Part shown: one piece after another, positions 1-13,537 of the stretch
Layout of the letters: the number at the start of each line of letters is the position of its first letter
Position numbering within the stretch: the first letter of the stretch is position 1
Assembly (NCBI GenBank): GCA_951406725.2
Contig: OX597827.1
Coordinates: forward strand, 10,292,001 to 10,356,000
DNA length: 64,000 bases
Source of the DNA: Octopus vulgaris
Taxonomy: Eukaryota
Reading direction: 5' to 3'
Notes under the pieces: generated by a model
Database searches by the model: none
The model's input: only the letters and a program-made list of their open reading frames with translations
Told to the model about the DNA's origin: nothing
Made by a program: the position numbers and the translations under genes

Positions 1-107
1 AGGGGGGATAGTTAGGGCCAGATTGCCCTCGAACCTATTTTTAGTCGGTTGAGGATGATCTGAAGCTAAACAACAAAAACACCAACATTGTATGACAATT
101 CTGTTCA

Positions 108-225
108 TATACACACCACACACACATACACACACACATACACATGCACACACACACATACATACACACATGCACACACACATGTACACACACAAACATA
201 CATACATACATATATATTTACACAT

Positions 226-262
<37 letters not shown>
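108..262. repeat. (CA)n/(CATA)n microsatellite
   Basis: Direct dinucleotide repeat; explains the HT/CV-rich ORFs. Confidence 0.95.
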
Positions 263-264
<2 letters not shown>

Positions 265-449
265 ACATATACAGAAATAAGGATTTGATTCCAGGCAGTT
301 ACCTCATATATATTGTACATAACATTGTAATAAATAAGCTTTTGAGGATGTACAATTCTCAATTTGTATTTTTAATGCTTTATATATATATATATATGAA
401 AAAACAAGTCAAGATAGAAAATGCTAAAATAATTTTATAAAGAACATTT

Positions 450-487
450 CAGTACCGGTTTCGATCATTTTGAGACCTTTTCAACTG
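450..487 (-). ncRNA. Degenerate minimal hammerhead-like motif in a (TA)n-flanked element
   Basis: Minus strand CAG-TTGAAAA-GGTC tcaaaat GATC-GAAA-CCGG-TA-CTG; stems intact, core differs from CTGANGA at 2 positions. Confidence 0.45.
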
Positions 488-629
488 TAATGATTAAATA
501 ATTAAATTTAGAAAAATTAAAAGAAAAGTTTTTTAAAGGAATATTTGTATAGTAGTGTTCAAATATAAGTGGCATTTTCCTTGTTTCTGCCTTTCTCTGT
601 CTCTCTTGTTTATATATATATATATATAT

Positions 630-815
630 GGGGAGAATTCACAAAAAAGCAAAAGACGAAGACAGGTGATGTAGACAACAAATAGATGTATTAGTCTAAC
701 ACTTGGGAAGTGAAAAAGTCTTTAACATTTCGAGCCTATGCTCATTCACAGAAAAGAAGACAGAAGGAAACAAGGAGAGAAAATAAAGAATGTGTGGTGG
801 CGATCTATCATGGCG
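630..815 (-). mobile_element. Short (TA)n-flanked element with variant hammerhead-like motif (720-756)
   Basis: Homologous to 52513-52642 in opposite orientation; GAGC atag GCTC GAAAT GTT AAAG. Confidence 0.55.
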
Positions 816-820
816 AATAC

Positions 821-870
<50 letters not shown>

Positions 871-1148
871 ATATATGTATATATATATATATAAATATAT
901 ATATATATACACATATATACATAGGTTTTCCTCTGTCTTCTGTCTCACTTTTCTGTCTCTACATAAGCCAATATCCAAAATACCATTATTAATTATTTCC
1001 ACTTCCCTGAGCTTCAAACTAAAAAATCAAACCAGTAATTATGATCAAGAACCTATCCAATCTTAAAATTGTGTTTGTTTTTATTTTCATTAATCTTTCT
1101 CCCTCTCTTGCATCTCTCTACACCACACATATATAAATGTATGTCTAT

Positions 1149-1231
<83 letters not shown>

Positions 1232-1400
1232 ATGATAGATAAATAGATAGATTAATAGATGGGTGCTTGCTACATTTTCACAGATGATTGTCATTTCTTC
1301 TGCTTCCTTGTTGTCAATAGCATTTCTGACTTTCTGCCCATGACCTGTTGGACGACTATTCAGTCCCATTGTCACTATTCCATTGTCATAGGACTCTCAG

Positions 1401-1657
1401 TCATCATCATCGTTTAACGTCCGTTTTCCCCGCTAGCATGGGTTGGACGGTTTGACCGGGGTTTGGGAAGCCAGGGGCTGCACCAGCCTCCAGTCTGATC
1501 TGGCAGTGTTTCTACAGCTGGATGCCCTTCCTAATGCCAACCACTCCGCGAGTGTAGTGGGTGCTTTTTACGTGCCACCGGCACAGGTGCCAGGGGAGTC
1601 CGGCATCGGCCACAATCGGTTGGTGCTTTTAACGTGCCACCAGCACGGAAGCCAGTC
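1401..1657 (-). mobile_element. Family D retroposon with (TGA)n tail and two pseudoknot modules
   Basis: Shared block ggttggc.ttaggaagggcatccagc.gtagaaac...ggacgttaaacgatgatg found at many loci in the window. Confidence 0.85.
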
Positions 1658-1978
1658 AATAATAGATGGAATGATGAAGGAGGTCAGCATAAAGAGACAC
1701 CTGTCCATCATTGAATTATAGTGATGCATAACATGAGTACAATATTCTGAGTCTCTGCAATTAGTACCTAGTGACAAGTACTAAGCTAAAGCAAAATGAC
1801 TAGTAATCACATGAAACTGAAAGTTGTACATCAATGTCCCTCTCCTAGAATGATGATGTGACAACATCTAGGTGTCCAGCACTCCTGGTGTTTTTTGCTG
1901 TGCACCCTGACACTGGCCAAGTCTATTTCTTCATTTCATTGCTCAGCTGGATTGTATGTAACTACGTATATATATATA

Positions 1979-2254
1979 TATATTGCAAATAAGAAAATGG
2001 AGAAACACATTAGTTGGTTCATCAACTTTAGGACATTTGATGAACCAACTATTGTGCTTCTCCATTTTCTTATTTGCAATATAAATTAATGGTAAAATAC
2101 CTCTTTACCTTCACCCATTTAATACAATAGGTAAGTTAATTGTAATGCAATTAGAAACACTTGTGTATTAATAATTGGTTATTATACCAACATTATATTG
2201 GCTAGATATTATCCGTTAGTGGGTTGGACCCACAACCCCTAACTTTCTTGGGGT

Positions 2255-2255
<1 letters not shown>
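1979..2255. mobile_element. (TA)n-anchored element with 47-bp terminal foldback
   Basis: Arms 1979-2025 and 2037-2083 near-perfect inverted repeats, 11-nt loop; TA tracts on both sides. Confidence 0.7.
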
Positions 2256-2309
<54 letters not shown>

Positions 2310-2397
2310 AATTTCTGTTTGAAGAATATTACTCACAAGATTACATGATAAGAGTTCTGACCTGAAGACTGCTTGACATAATGGACAATATGATATC

Positions 2398-2431
<34 letters not shown>

Positions 2432-2679
2432 CTTGCTTCCTTTCTTTTTTGCTTGAGTTATTCTTATGGTTTACTTGTTTGTTTAATGCAGGCAATATGT
2501 TCTTAGATGTAGTAGTCCTTCAGAGCTCTTTCAAAATATGAATCTTGCCTAGTATGGCAAATAGTGGAATTGAAACCAGAAGTGTGTGACTATGAAGCAA
2601 TTTTTTTAACCATGCAACATGTAGCACCTCTACGCATAATGCTAAAATCACTTCAGACTGTAAACAACTCAAATAGTTT

Positions 2680-3118
2680 CTATCTTTTATCTTTTAATTG
2701 TTTCAGTCATCGAAATGTGGCCATGTTGGGGCACTGCCTTAAAGGGTTTAGTCAAACAAACTGACCCTAGAAATTACTTTTAAGTCTGGTACTTATTCTG
2801 TCACTATTGTTGAACAGCTAGGTTACAGGGATGTCAACAAACCAACATCAGTTGTTGAGTGGTGGGAGGGAGACAACACTGACATAAAGGAACAGACAAA
2901 CAGACAGATAGATATACACACACACATATAAGCACACACATATTGTTATACACACAGTGGGCTTCCATGCAGTTTCCATTTACCAAATTCACACAAAGTA
3001 TTGATCAACTTGGAGCTTTTAGTTATAGGCATTCACCCATGGTGCCATGTAGTGTGGAACTGAAGCCTGTAACCACATGGCTGTGAAGTAAGCTTCTCAA
3101 ACACACAGCTGTGCCTGT
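2680..3118 (-). mobile_element. Diverged SINE-A copy
   Basis: Degenerate match to the SINE-A tail and head seen elsewhere in the window. Confidence 0.65.
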
Positions 3119-3683
3119 GGCCCCTGAGTAGGGGATATTTCCATTTACATTTGACTATCAAAACAGGTCAGAGGTACCAGTGATTCTTAGAAAAACTCAA
3201 TACAGTGAATCATCCATTCATGGATTTATTTGATCAGGACATGTTCCAGCAATTGAATATCTATTGAACAACCATGAGAATTAAATGGAGCATTTTCTTG
3301 CATTTTTCTTTTTGTATTTTTCTTTTTCTTCCAGACATATTTTAATCAAAAACATACATTCTGTGGGATTTTCTTAAAAATAATTTATATTAATTTATAT
3401 ATATATATATTTTCAATTTACCCATTTCCTCGTTAATTTGTAAATGTATTCTTATTAATTTATATAATAGTTTGTTAGTATGTACGTGTTAATGTATGCA
3501 TATGTATATATGCTTTCATGAATGTAGGCTTGTATTAGGTCATGTATAGAATGATTGCATCCATGTCACAATAGTGTGTGTGTGTTTTGTGTATGTGTAC
3601 ATGTTTATGTATGTGTGTGTGTGTGTGTGTACACAACTGACATATCGGTTTACTATTATGAATACATACGCATAAGTGTGTAA

Positions 3684-3900
3684 GTGGAGGTGATAGTGGT
3701 TGTGGTGGTGGTGGTGGTAGTGGTGGTGGTGGTGGTGGTGGTGGTGGTGGTGGTGGTGGTGGTGGTAGTGGTAGTGGTGGTAGTGGTGGTGGTGGTGGTG
3801 GTGGTGGTAGTGGTAGTGGTGGTAGTGGTGGTGGTGGTGGTGGTGGTGGTAGTGGTAGTGGTGGTGGTGGTGTTGGTGGTGATGGTGGTAATGGTGGTGT
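3684..3900. repeat. (GGT)n microsatellite
   Basis: Direct trinucleotide repeat; poly-Val ORF is an artefact. Confidence 0.95.
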
Positions 3901-4222
3901 AGGTTATGGAGAAAGTGTTCGTTTGACTTGCATTGTTTAGAGAGAATAATATGATTTCACTTCATTATTTTCAGGTCCATAATTCTTGATTAAGACAACT
4001 TTTTTTTTACTTTTTTAATGATTAGTTCTTGTAAAATAGTAAAACGGGTAATTTTTCCACATACTTCTTTGTTTTTTATGTAATACATGTAGCTATCTAC
4101 CTATGTAAAGTATATATCATGTGTGTATATATATATATATATATATAATATATCATATTTAAGTATGCTTATAAATATATATTATATATATATCATATAT
4201 ATACATAATTACATATATATAT

Positions 4223-4281
<59 letters not shown>

Positions 4282-4284
4282 AAA

Positions 4285-4447
4285 GTTAATCCAAACAAGA
4301 AAGCACAAAAAAACACAACAACGCGAAGACGTGGAACAAATATAGTATTATTGGACGCTCAGGAAAGAAGGAAAGAAGGAGGGTTTAACGTTTCAAGTTG
4401 AGCTCTTCATCGGAAACATAGGAGAAGGAAAGATCCAGAGAAGGGAA
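4285..4447 (-). mobile_element. (TA)n-flanked element with variant hammerhead-like motif (4383-4417)
   Basis: Near-identical to 43558-43745; minus strand GTTT-CCGATGA-A-GAGC tca ACTT-GAAAC-GTT-AAAC. Confidence 0.65.
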
Positions 4448-4453
4448 TATATA

Positions 4454-4486
<33 letters not shown>

Positions 4487-4851
4487 CATCATCATTGTAA
4501 TCATCTTCATCCTTAATTCACATCTGCTTTCCATGCTGGCATAGGTTGGATAGATCATCCCTGTTCTAATAATTTCTTACTGTTCTTAATGGTAGCTGTT
4601 ATCCCCCAAAAGATCTATGCTCGTATGTGTCATTTAGCTTGGTTCCTACACCTGGATGCCCTTTCTATAACCAATCACTTCACAGAGTGCATTTTCTCAT
4701 GTCACCAATACTAGAGAAACTGAATTTTCCTCACAGTGCAGGACTAAATAAAGGGACTTCACAAATGTAAACACATGTATGTATGTATGTATGTATGTAT
4801 GTATGTATGTATGTATGTATGTATGTATGTATCTATTTATCTATCTAGCTA

Positions 4852-4897
<46 letters not shown>

Positions 4898-5022
4898 CTA
4901 TTTGCACATTACTTAATCATTGTTATATGTTTTATCTTATAATTAATCTTTCTATAATATGTAATTTTTCTAAATGGTATAATTTAGCTTTTCATTTTTG
5001 AATTGATAAACGGTGGTTTTTG

Positions 5023-5054
<32 letters not shown>

Positions 5055-5056
5055 CC

Positions 5057-5450
5057 TTTTATTCTTTTACTTGTTTCCGTCATTTCACTGTGGCCATGCT
5101 AGAGCACTGCCAATTAGTTGAAGAAATCGACCCCAAGGTTTAGTCTCTGTAAGCCTGCTACTTATTCTATAGGTCTCTTTTGCTGAACCACTAAGCTACA
5201 AGAACATAAACACACCAACATTCGTTGTCAGTGGTGGGGGGACAAGCACAGACACACAAATACATACAGATACACACACACACACACACACATATATAGA
5301 CGATGGGTTTCTTTCAGTTTCTGTCTACCAAATCCACTCACAAGATTTTGGTTGGTTTGAGGCTATAGTAGAAGACACTTGCCCAAGATGCCCCACAGTA
5401 GGACTGAACCCGAAACCATGTGGTTGGCAAACAAGCTTCTTCCCACGCTG
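5057..5450 (-). mobile_element. SINE-A (tRNA-derived, CORE-like segment, internal TA/TG tract)
   Basis: B-box-like GGTTCAGTCC, cttgggcaagtgtcttc segment, gtaaaaga tail. Confidence 0.85.
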
Positions 5451-5807
5451 GAACACCACATTTATACAAACAGACACACACACACACACACACGTGCATG
5501 TGTGCATACATATACAGACATGTATGTGTGCTTGTATATATATCCATACATTCATGTGCACAGCACAGGCACCCATGCAAACAAATTTAGGTCAACCTTT
5601 GTTTCTCTTGGCTATTGTGTCTCAATAAAAATCTAAGAATTTCATTAAATCATTATATTTCTGGAAAGAATTTCATACAAGCCTAACATTTTAGTGAATC
5701 GTGCATTTTGCAAGGTCACCCAATGTATTAGAAATAGCAGCCAAATGCATGCCCAACTAACCACTCCTAACCACTTTAGAAAATCAAAAGGATACATTAG
5801 ATAGTGT

Positions 5808-6191
5808 GTGGAAGCACTCCGTCGGCTACGACGACGAGGGTTCCGGTTGATCCGAATCAACGGAACAGCCTGCTCATGAAATTAACGTGTAAGTGGCTGA
5901 GCACTCCACAGACACGTTTACCCTTAACGTAGTTCTCGGGGATATTCAGCGTGACACAGAGAGTGACACGGCCGGCCCTTTGAAATACAGGTACAACAGA
6001 AACAGGAAGTAAGAGTGAGAGAAAGCTGTGGTGAAAGAGTACAGCAGGGATCGCCACCATCCCCTGCCGGAGACTCGTGGAGCTTTAGGTGTTTTCGCTC
6101 AATAAACACGCACAACGCCCGGTCTGGGAATAGAAACCGCGATCCTACGACCGCGAGTCCACTGCCCTAACCACTGGGCCATTGCGCCTCC
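5808..6191 (-). mobile_element. SINE-B, tail type 1, full length
   Basis: tRNA-like head with A-box TGGCCCAGTGG; 14-bp TSD ACATTAGATAGTGT at 5794-5807 and 6192-6205. Confidence 0.92.
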
Positions 6192-6601
6192 ACATTAGAT
6201 AGTGTAGACCTTGCAAGACAGCATGGCAACTGATAAAATTCCTTTGATTATGGTGAAGAGATTCAGGTTCAAGTCCCAGCCTTTCACAGATTTTTGCTGC
6301 CTTTGTATAAGTACTCCAATTTGCTTTCTGTATGTATGTCAGTAAATTTTGCTTGGCTTTAAAATATGAACACAATTGCCATTCAATCATAGATTAACAA
6401 ACAATAAACTGTATTTGATTTAATTCGTTATTAATTATTTAATTACTAATCTCCCAAATCTCTGATGCCAATTTAGTATTTAAAATACATCATATTTGTA
6501 TTATATTTATTATTTTCTTTTTCATTTTTAAGTTCTCCATTATATTTCATTTTTAGCCTGGGAACATTGCTGATCATTGTTAACTGATTAAATAAAATTT
6601 C

Positions 6602-6604
<3 letters not shown>

Positions 6605-6634
<30 letters not shown>

Positions 6635-6636
6635 AC

Positions 6637-6679
<43 letters not shown>

Positions 6680-6985
6680 GCGACAATGATGACGACAATG
6701 ATGATTATGATGATGATGATGATGATGAAGAGGGCAATGATGACAATGATAATGATGACAATGATGAAGATGAGGATGATGACGACAATGACGACGACAA
6801 TGATGATGACGACGATGATTATGATGATGATGATAATGATGATGATAAAGAGGGCAATGATGACAATGATAATGATGACAATGATGAAGATGATGTTGAT
6901 GATGACGACAATGATTATGATGATGATGATGATGATTATGATGCTGATGAAGAGGGCAATGATGATGATGACAATAACGACGATG
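6605..6985. repeat. (GAT/GAC/AAT)n array with about 120-bp higher-order period
   Basis: Marker aagagggcaatgatga recurs near 6728, 6848 and 6950. Confidence 0.9.
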
Positions 6986-7554
6986 AAGTGGTGGTTGTAG
7001 TAGTGGTGGTGGTGGTGTGGTGGTGGGGGTAATGGTATTAGTGAAGGCAGTGGGCAATTCAGAAGTAGAGACGGTCATCTTAGTGGTCAAGACTATGGTG
7101 ATGGTGGTGGTAGTAGTAGTGGAAGCTGTGATGATGGAGGTCTTCGTAACGATGGTGGTGATAGTGGTCAAAGTGTCAGTAATTATTATTGTTGCAGCAG
7201 GGGGGATGTCTCAGTGAAGGGGGTCGGTCTAAATGTTGATGGTAGTGGTAGAGATGGTTGAAATGGTGATGATGGCAACAATGAAGATAGCTATGGAATG
7301 AGGACCAAATCTCATTATATGAAATACCCTTTTCTTTTTATTTATTCCTTGCATCTTATACTGACTAACAGACAGATCAATGGCCAACAGCTACAAGCAA
7401 GAGGTAGCAGCATCCTCGTGTACATCAAACACAGATGAAACATTTACACCAGGGGTATCAGCTAAAGTCGTTATAGATGCAGAATGCCAATAGCTTTTAC
7501 CATAAGAACATTCAAGGAAAAAATGTCTTGTGGTTAGGGTTAGGACTAGGGTTA

Positions 7555-7630
7555 AGTAGTAGTAGTAGTAGTATCAATAACAACACCAATAGCAGTAGTA
7601 GTAGTAGTAATAGTAGTAGTAATAGTAGTA

Positions 7631-7662
<32 letters not shown>

Positions 7663-7919
7663 TAGTAGTAGCAGCAGCAGCAGCAGGAACAACAACATCA
7701 GTAGTAATGGTAGTAGTGGTAGTTGTAGTAGTAGAAGTAGAAATAGTAGTAGTTGCAGGAGGAGCGTAGCAATAGTAGTAGTAGTAGTGGTGTTGGTAGT
7801 AGTAGTAGTAGTAGTAGTTGTAGTAGTAGCTGTAGCAGCAGTAGCAGCAACAACAGCAGTAGTAATAGTAGTATTAGTTGTAGTAGTAGAAATAGTATTA
7901 TTATTATTATTATTATTAT

Positions 7920-7979
<60 letters not shown>

Positions 7980-8010
7980 GAGGAGGAGGAGGAGGAGGAG
8001 GTGGAGGAGG
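7555..8010. repeat. Compound (TAG)n/(CAG)n/(TAT)n/(GAG)n microsatellite
   Basis: Direct trinucleotide tracts. Confidence 0.95.
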
Positions 8011-8329
8011 AATGATTTCAAATTTTTGCACAAGGTCAACAATATCAGGAGAGGGGGTAACTTGATTACATCACCCCCAGTACTCAACTCATACTTATTT
8101 TACCAATCCCCGAAAGATGAAGGGCAAAAATTGACCTTAGCAGAATTTGAACTCAAGGTGTTAAGATGAATGAGATGCTGCTAAGCACTTTATCTTGCAT
8201 GCTAACAATTCAGTCAACTCACCACTGCCTTAAATAATGACGGACTCTGCCACCAAAGACAACATATGAATGTTCAGCATTTTTGCCAAATGTCCTGCAC
8301 AAATAATTTGTTTATAGTGGTCAAAAAAG

Positions 8330-8660
8330 TGAAGGCGCATGGCTCTGTGGTTAGAGCATCGAGTTTACGATCGTGAGATTGTGAGTTCAAATCCAGGACC
8401 GGGCTGCATGTTGTGTTCTTCAGCAAGACACTTTACTTTACGTTGCTCCAGTTCACTCAGCTGTAGAATTGAGTTGCGATGTCACAGGTGACAAGCTGTA
8501 TTGGCCTTTGCCTTTCCCTTGGTTAACACTGGTGGCATGGAGAGGGGAGGCCGGTATGCATGGGCGACTGCTGGTCTTCCATAATCAACCTTGCCTGGAC
8601 TTGTGCTTGGGAGGGTAACTTTCTAGGTGCAATCTCATGGTCAGTCATGACCAAAAGGGG
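8330..8660 (+). mobile_element. tRNA-derived SINE (family E)
   Basis: A/B-box-like head (TGGCTCTGTGG, GAGTTCAAATCC); second copy at 61977-62305. Confidence 0.8.
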
Positions 8661-9299
8661 TTGCAGCAGGGATCAAATGTTTATGATACATATCAGCTCT
8701 CTCCCTCCATCAAACTGACGTTGTGTGAACGGGTACCATGAGTTAAGTGTCGAAGTGAACACAGAGCAGTGTGAGATGAAGTGTTTTGCTCAAGAACATA
8801 ATGCACCACCTGGTCTAGGAATTGAAACCATGATCCCACGCTCATGTGTGCAACACCATGAAAGGCAAAGTTGCTCTTGGTGGAACTTGAATTATGAACA
8901 TGCAGATGGATGAAATGCCACTGGCATGTTAACAAATCTGTCAGCTCACTGCCTTAATAATAATAATGGTTTCAAATTTTGCCACAAGAGTATCAATTTT
9001 GGGGAGGGGATGAGTTGATTACTTCAACCCCAGTGTTCAACTGGTACTTATTTTATCGACCCCAAAAGGATGAATGGCAAAGTCGACTTCAGTGGATTTT
9101 GAACTCAGAACATAAAGATGGATGAAACACCAATAAGCATTTGTCCCTGCATGCTAATGAACAGATGTTAAAACAGGTTCTGAAGCATCAGGATACCAAA
9201 ATGTTGCACTCGTTGATGAAAAAAAACACAGGTTCTGAGAAATCCAACTAGATGCACCAGTACCTGAAGATGCACCAGTACCATCTGACAAGCCATAAC

Positions 9300-10070
9300 A
9301 AATTATAACCATAGCAAAACAAACCAGCCTCCAATACATTAAGGAGAAGAAATGGAAGTAAAAACTATGTGGCAAATGCTGTTTGGAATCAGGGACCTTT
9401 ATGTAGATCAAACCCTTACTGATCAGTGGTTGGTATGCTCTGGTCACAAACCAGAAGTGCTGCTCAGGACCAGTCTCTTCCATTTGGGAATTATCAGAGT
9501 AATGTCCTGAATCATGAAGGCAGCTGACCATGCTGCATATGCGGAGAACATCCAGAGACAACCGACCACATAATCTCTGGCTGCAGCAAACTGGAACCAA
9601 CAGAATACTTGCAATGGCATGACAGGGCAGCTCAGCACATGCAATGGTCAATATGCCACACATACTGCCTACCTCACAAAAATAGTTAGTGGGAACACAA
9701 GCCATTAGAAGTTGCCCAGAAAGCCAAAGTTACCATCCTTTGGAATTTCAATGTTCAGACTGATTGGGAAACACCAGGAATCGACCAAATCTCATTGTGA
9801 AAAATCATATTGAAAAGACTTAATGTTGCAGTCCCAGCTGAAAAAAAATTCATCTCCGAAGACGTTTGAAAAACTGAACAAATATAAGAAGCTGGGGATT
9901 GAAATTAGAAGAATGTGGCATCTTAAAGCAACATTACCTATTACTAGATCATTATTGGGGCATTTAGAATGATGTCAAGGAGTAAACAGATATGTAGGTC
10001 AAATTCTTAGTAACCCAGGAATAAGTGAATTATAAAAGATTATTCTTATGGATCCTCACATATTGAACAT
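9300..10070 (+). pseudogene. Decayed 3' part of an RLE-type non-LTR retrotransposon (R4/Dong-like)
   Basis: Frame-hopping translation gives AAQDQSL..NYQ, CCICGEHPETTDHIISGC (CCHC knuckle), EYLQWHDRAA, WEHKP, VTILWNFNVQTD, KYKKLGIEIRRMWHL, with stops and frameshifts. Confidence 0.85.
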
Positions 10071-10263
10071 AAATACCTCTCCATATAAAAGCAACTATTT
10101 TCCTTTCTTCTACAGACATCAATGTTTCCAATTGCATTTCTCCTTATCTAATTAGCATCTTTAGGTGCAAAACCTTGTTGTCACTTCATGTCTCTGGCTG
10201 AAACTTGGATGTAATTAAATTTAGAGCAAAAGCAAAATTTAATAAATATTGGTATTGTATAAT

Positions 10264-10327
<64 letters not shown>

Positions 10328-10355
10328 TATACATACATATATATATATATATATA

Positions 10356-10765
10356 TATGATATTAGGGAGTATAACTCCAAACTTACAGGGAAAAAATCA
10401 ATTTAGTATTAAATCAAATTTCACTATATAAATGTATAAAATACAAATTAGAGATAAAACCACTATTATGCAATTCAAACAATGATAGACATAAACCAAA
10501 ACATAAATAACAAATAATATATATTTTTATAAAGCATATAACTAGATCACAAAAAGTATAAAAACAAATAATCAATAAGTAATAAATAATATATAATAAG
10601 TATTATATATTGATTATTCATTTTTATACTTTTTGTGATCTAGTTATATGTTTTATAAAAATATATTTTATTTGATATTTATGCTTTGGTTTATGTCTAT
10701 CATTGTTTGAATTGCATAATAGTGGTTTTATCTCTAATTTGTATTTTATATTTTATATATATATA
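10356..10765. mobile_element. (TA)n-anchored AT-rich foldback element
   Basis: About 10425-10578 is inverted at 10608-10765; the arm is homologous to 34490-34545, which carries a hammerhead. Confidence 0.75.
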
Positions 10766-11063
10766 TTTGCAAATGATTTGTTTATAGTAATTGAATGTTT
10801 ATACTCTACATTAGCTTACTCTCTCCATCAAGTTGACGTTGACTGAACAGGTGCGCATGGTGTACCACCTGTCAGGTGTCAAAGTCATCACAGCCCAACG
10901 TAAAAAGTGCTTTGCTCAAGAACATAATGCACCACCCTGTCAAAGAATTGAAACCACGATCTCACGATCATGAGGGTAACACCCTAACCACTAGGCCACA
11001 CACACACATGAGATCCAGAGATTTTTTGCATGGAAAACACTTAGTAGCACTCAAATGATTTGA

Positions 11064-11170
11064 ACTTAGACTCTGATGTCTTTATGAGAGACCAATTTAG
11101 ACTTAGACTCTGATGTCTTTATGAGGGACCAATTTAGACTTAGACTCTGATGTTTTTATGAGGGACCAAT
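11064..11170. repeat. 37-bp tandem repeat, about 2.9 copies
   Basis: Unit acttagactctgatgtctttatgagagaccaatttag. Confidence 0.95.
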
Positions 11171-11176
11171 ACCACA

Positions 11177-11179
<3 letters not shown>

Positions 11180-11236
<57 letters not shown>

Positions 11237-11442
11237 GATAAACAAATTAAATATAACACCTTGGGTATGATATACACTATACATATATATATATATGTGT
11301 GTGTGTATATGTATATATATATACATATACACACACACACACACACATATTTATATATATATATATGTATAGTGTATATCATACCCAAGGTGTTATATTT
11401 AATTTGTTTATCTGCATAATTGCCTCTCTCTCTCTCTCTCTC

Positions 11443-11445
<3 letters not shown>
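11180..11445. repeat. Near-perfect palindrome with (GA)n/(TC)n outer arms
   Basis: atgcagataaacaaattaaatataacaccttgggtatgatatacactatacat (11232-11284) is exactly inverted at about 11365-11417. Confidence 0.9.
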
Positions 11446-11481
<36 letters not shown>

Positions 11482-11704
11482 AAATAGTGAGAGATTACTC
11501 CAAATATTTACCAGTTTGCTCTCAGGTCATCCAACAGTTAATATATAAATCCAATAATATTCTCATAAGATAAGAATTTAGAGATATATTCTGTTGGATA
11601 ATTCTGAATATATTACCTGCACTATATAGGTTTCCTGGAGCATATAATATCAACAATAATGATAATAAGGATTACTATGAAGTAGCATAGCATTACCTTT
11701 ATTT

Positions 11705-11748
<44 letters not shown>

Positions 11749-11756
11749 CTTTACAT

Positions 11757-11842
11757 AGACCAACACATGTTTCAACTCCACCAATTAGTAAACGTTGCAA
11801 CTACAACCCTATTATAATACCAGTGCAGTTTCTTCAGAGTCT
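11757..11842 (-). ncRNA. Type I hammerhead ribozyme motif with long stem II
   Basis: AGACT-CTGAAGA-AACTGCACT...GGTGGAGTT-GAAA-CATGTG-TT-GGTCT; an inverted partial copy of the 3' half lies at 12172-12210. Confidence 0.65.
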
Positions 11843-11915
11843 TTACTTAATATCCATTGATTTTGAAATATGTCACACAAGAATTTAGCAGAGCCACCTC
11901 TACTTGAATAGTTAT

Positions 11916-11960
11916 TCTGTGCTGATGAAGTGAAATAACCCAGAAATTGCAATACACAGA
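11916..11960 (+). ncRNA. Minimal type I hammerhead ribozyme motif
   Basis: TCTGTG-CTGATGA-agtgaaataaccca-GAAA-TTGCAA-TA-CACAGA; 6-bp stem I, palindromic stem III, weak stem II. Confidence 0.7.
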
Positions 11961-12844
11961 TCTTGTTTTGTGCTGAGTGGGGATGCTAAACTCCTTTGTT
12001 TTAAAATATAAGGAGACAGTGTGTTGTATAGCCAGCTGGAGACGATGTTTTCTGGGACTAAATAACAATAACATTCGTCCTAAATCAGAACTGCCATGGT
12101 ATGTTGGCAAATAATCTTTACTCTAACTGATTAAAGTTTTTCCTTTATCTACTCTGCATTGTATGATGTAGAATTGAAACATATGTAGGTCTATGTAAAG
12201 AATTTAAGGTAATGCTATGCCACTTCGTAATAATCCTTATTATTATTATTGTAGTTGATATATATGTGTGGGTATGTGCGTATAGAGGCGTGTGTGTATG
12301 CATGCATATGGGTATGTGCATATATAGATGTGGTTTACTCTTTGCTTATTTTTATACTCCTTTACACCTTTTTTCAGTATTGTTACCCTTAGCCCTGTTT
12401 TTTCTTGTGCTTGTGCATATATAGACGTGTGTATGAACGTTTTGGTGTGCGTGTATGTGTGTGTATATATATATGTATATATATGTATTTGGCGAATGGT
12501 GCTGGTGAGAATGTGTGTGTTTCAAGTGAGGGTGGATGAGTGTATACTTTTAGGTGCATGTACATGGGTGTGCGGGTGCACATGTGTAGATATAGACATT
12601 CACGCTTACGTGAATACTATGAACTTTTTTACCCCATTACTTTTACTCTCTCCCCTCACTTAGCGGTCATTCAAATAGCTCTTTTGTCTTAATAACAGTC
12701 AATCACACAGTAATTTCCCTTTGTATAACGGTCATTTTTCATAGCATTTTTTCCGATGGCCAGATAACTGAAGAGATGGCAGCATGGATTTCCACCTCAG
12801 CATTTCATCATGGCTACCGAATAATTGTCACATATTACTTCTTC

Positions 12845-12900
<56 letters not shown>

Positions 12901-13170
12901 CATCATGATCATCATCATCATCGTTTAACGTCTGCTTTCCATGCTGGCATGGGTTGGACGATTTGACTGAGGACTGGCAAACCAGATGACTGCACTAGGT
13001 TCCAATCTGATCTGGCAGAGTTTCTACAGCTGGATGCCCTTCCTAACGCCAACCACTCCGCGAGTGTAGTGGGTGCTTTTACGTGCTACCTGCACAGGAG
13101 CCAGTCCAGCGGCACTGGCAATGATCTCACTTGAATGTTTTTTACGTGCCACCAGCCCAAGTGCTAGTAA
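12901..13170 (-). mobile_element. Family D retroposon
   Basis: Same body and tail as 1401-1657. Confidence 0.85.
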
Positions 13171-13223
13171 AGTGATTCTTAGCCTGTGTTCAAGTGGATT
13201 TCTATCGTTCTCACTGCTTACCT

Positions 13224-13268
<45 letters not shown>

Positions 13269-13371
13269 TATATACATACATACATACATACATATATTTT
13301 TTTTTTTTTTTTTTTTTTTTTGTACTTGTTTCAGTCATTTGACTGCGGCCATGCTGGAGCACCGCCTTTAG

Positions 13372-13537
13372 AGTGGTGAAAGAGTACAGCAGGGATCACC
13401 ACCTCCTGCCGGAGCCTCGTGGAGCTTTTAGGTGTTTTTTCGCTCAATAAACACACACAACGCCCGGTCTGGGAATCGAAACCGCGATCCTCCGACCGCA
13501 AGTCCGCTGCCCTAACCACTAGGCCATTGCGCCTCCA
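13372..13537 (-). mobile_element. SINE-B 5' half fused to a SINE-A 3' fragment (13321-13370)
   Basis: Sequence match to both families. Confidence 0.8.
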
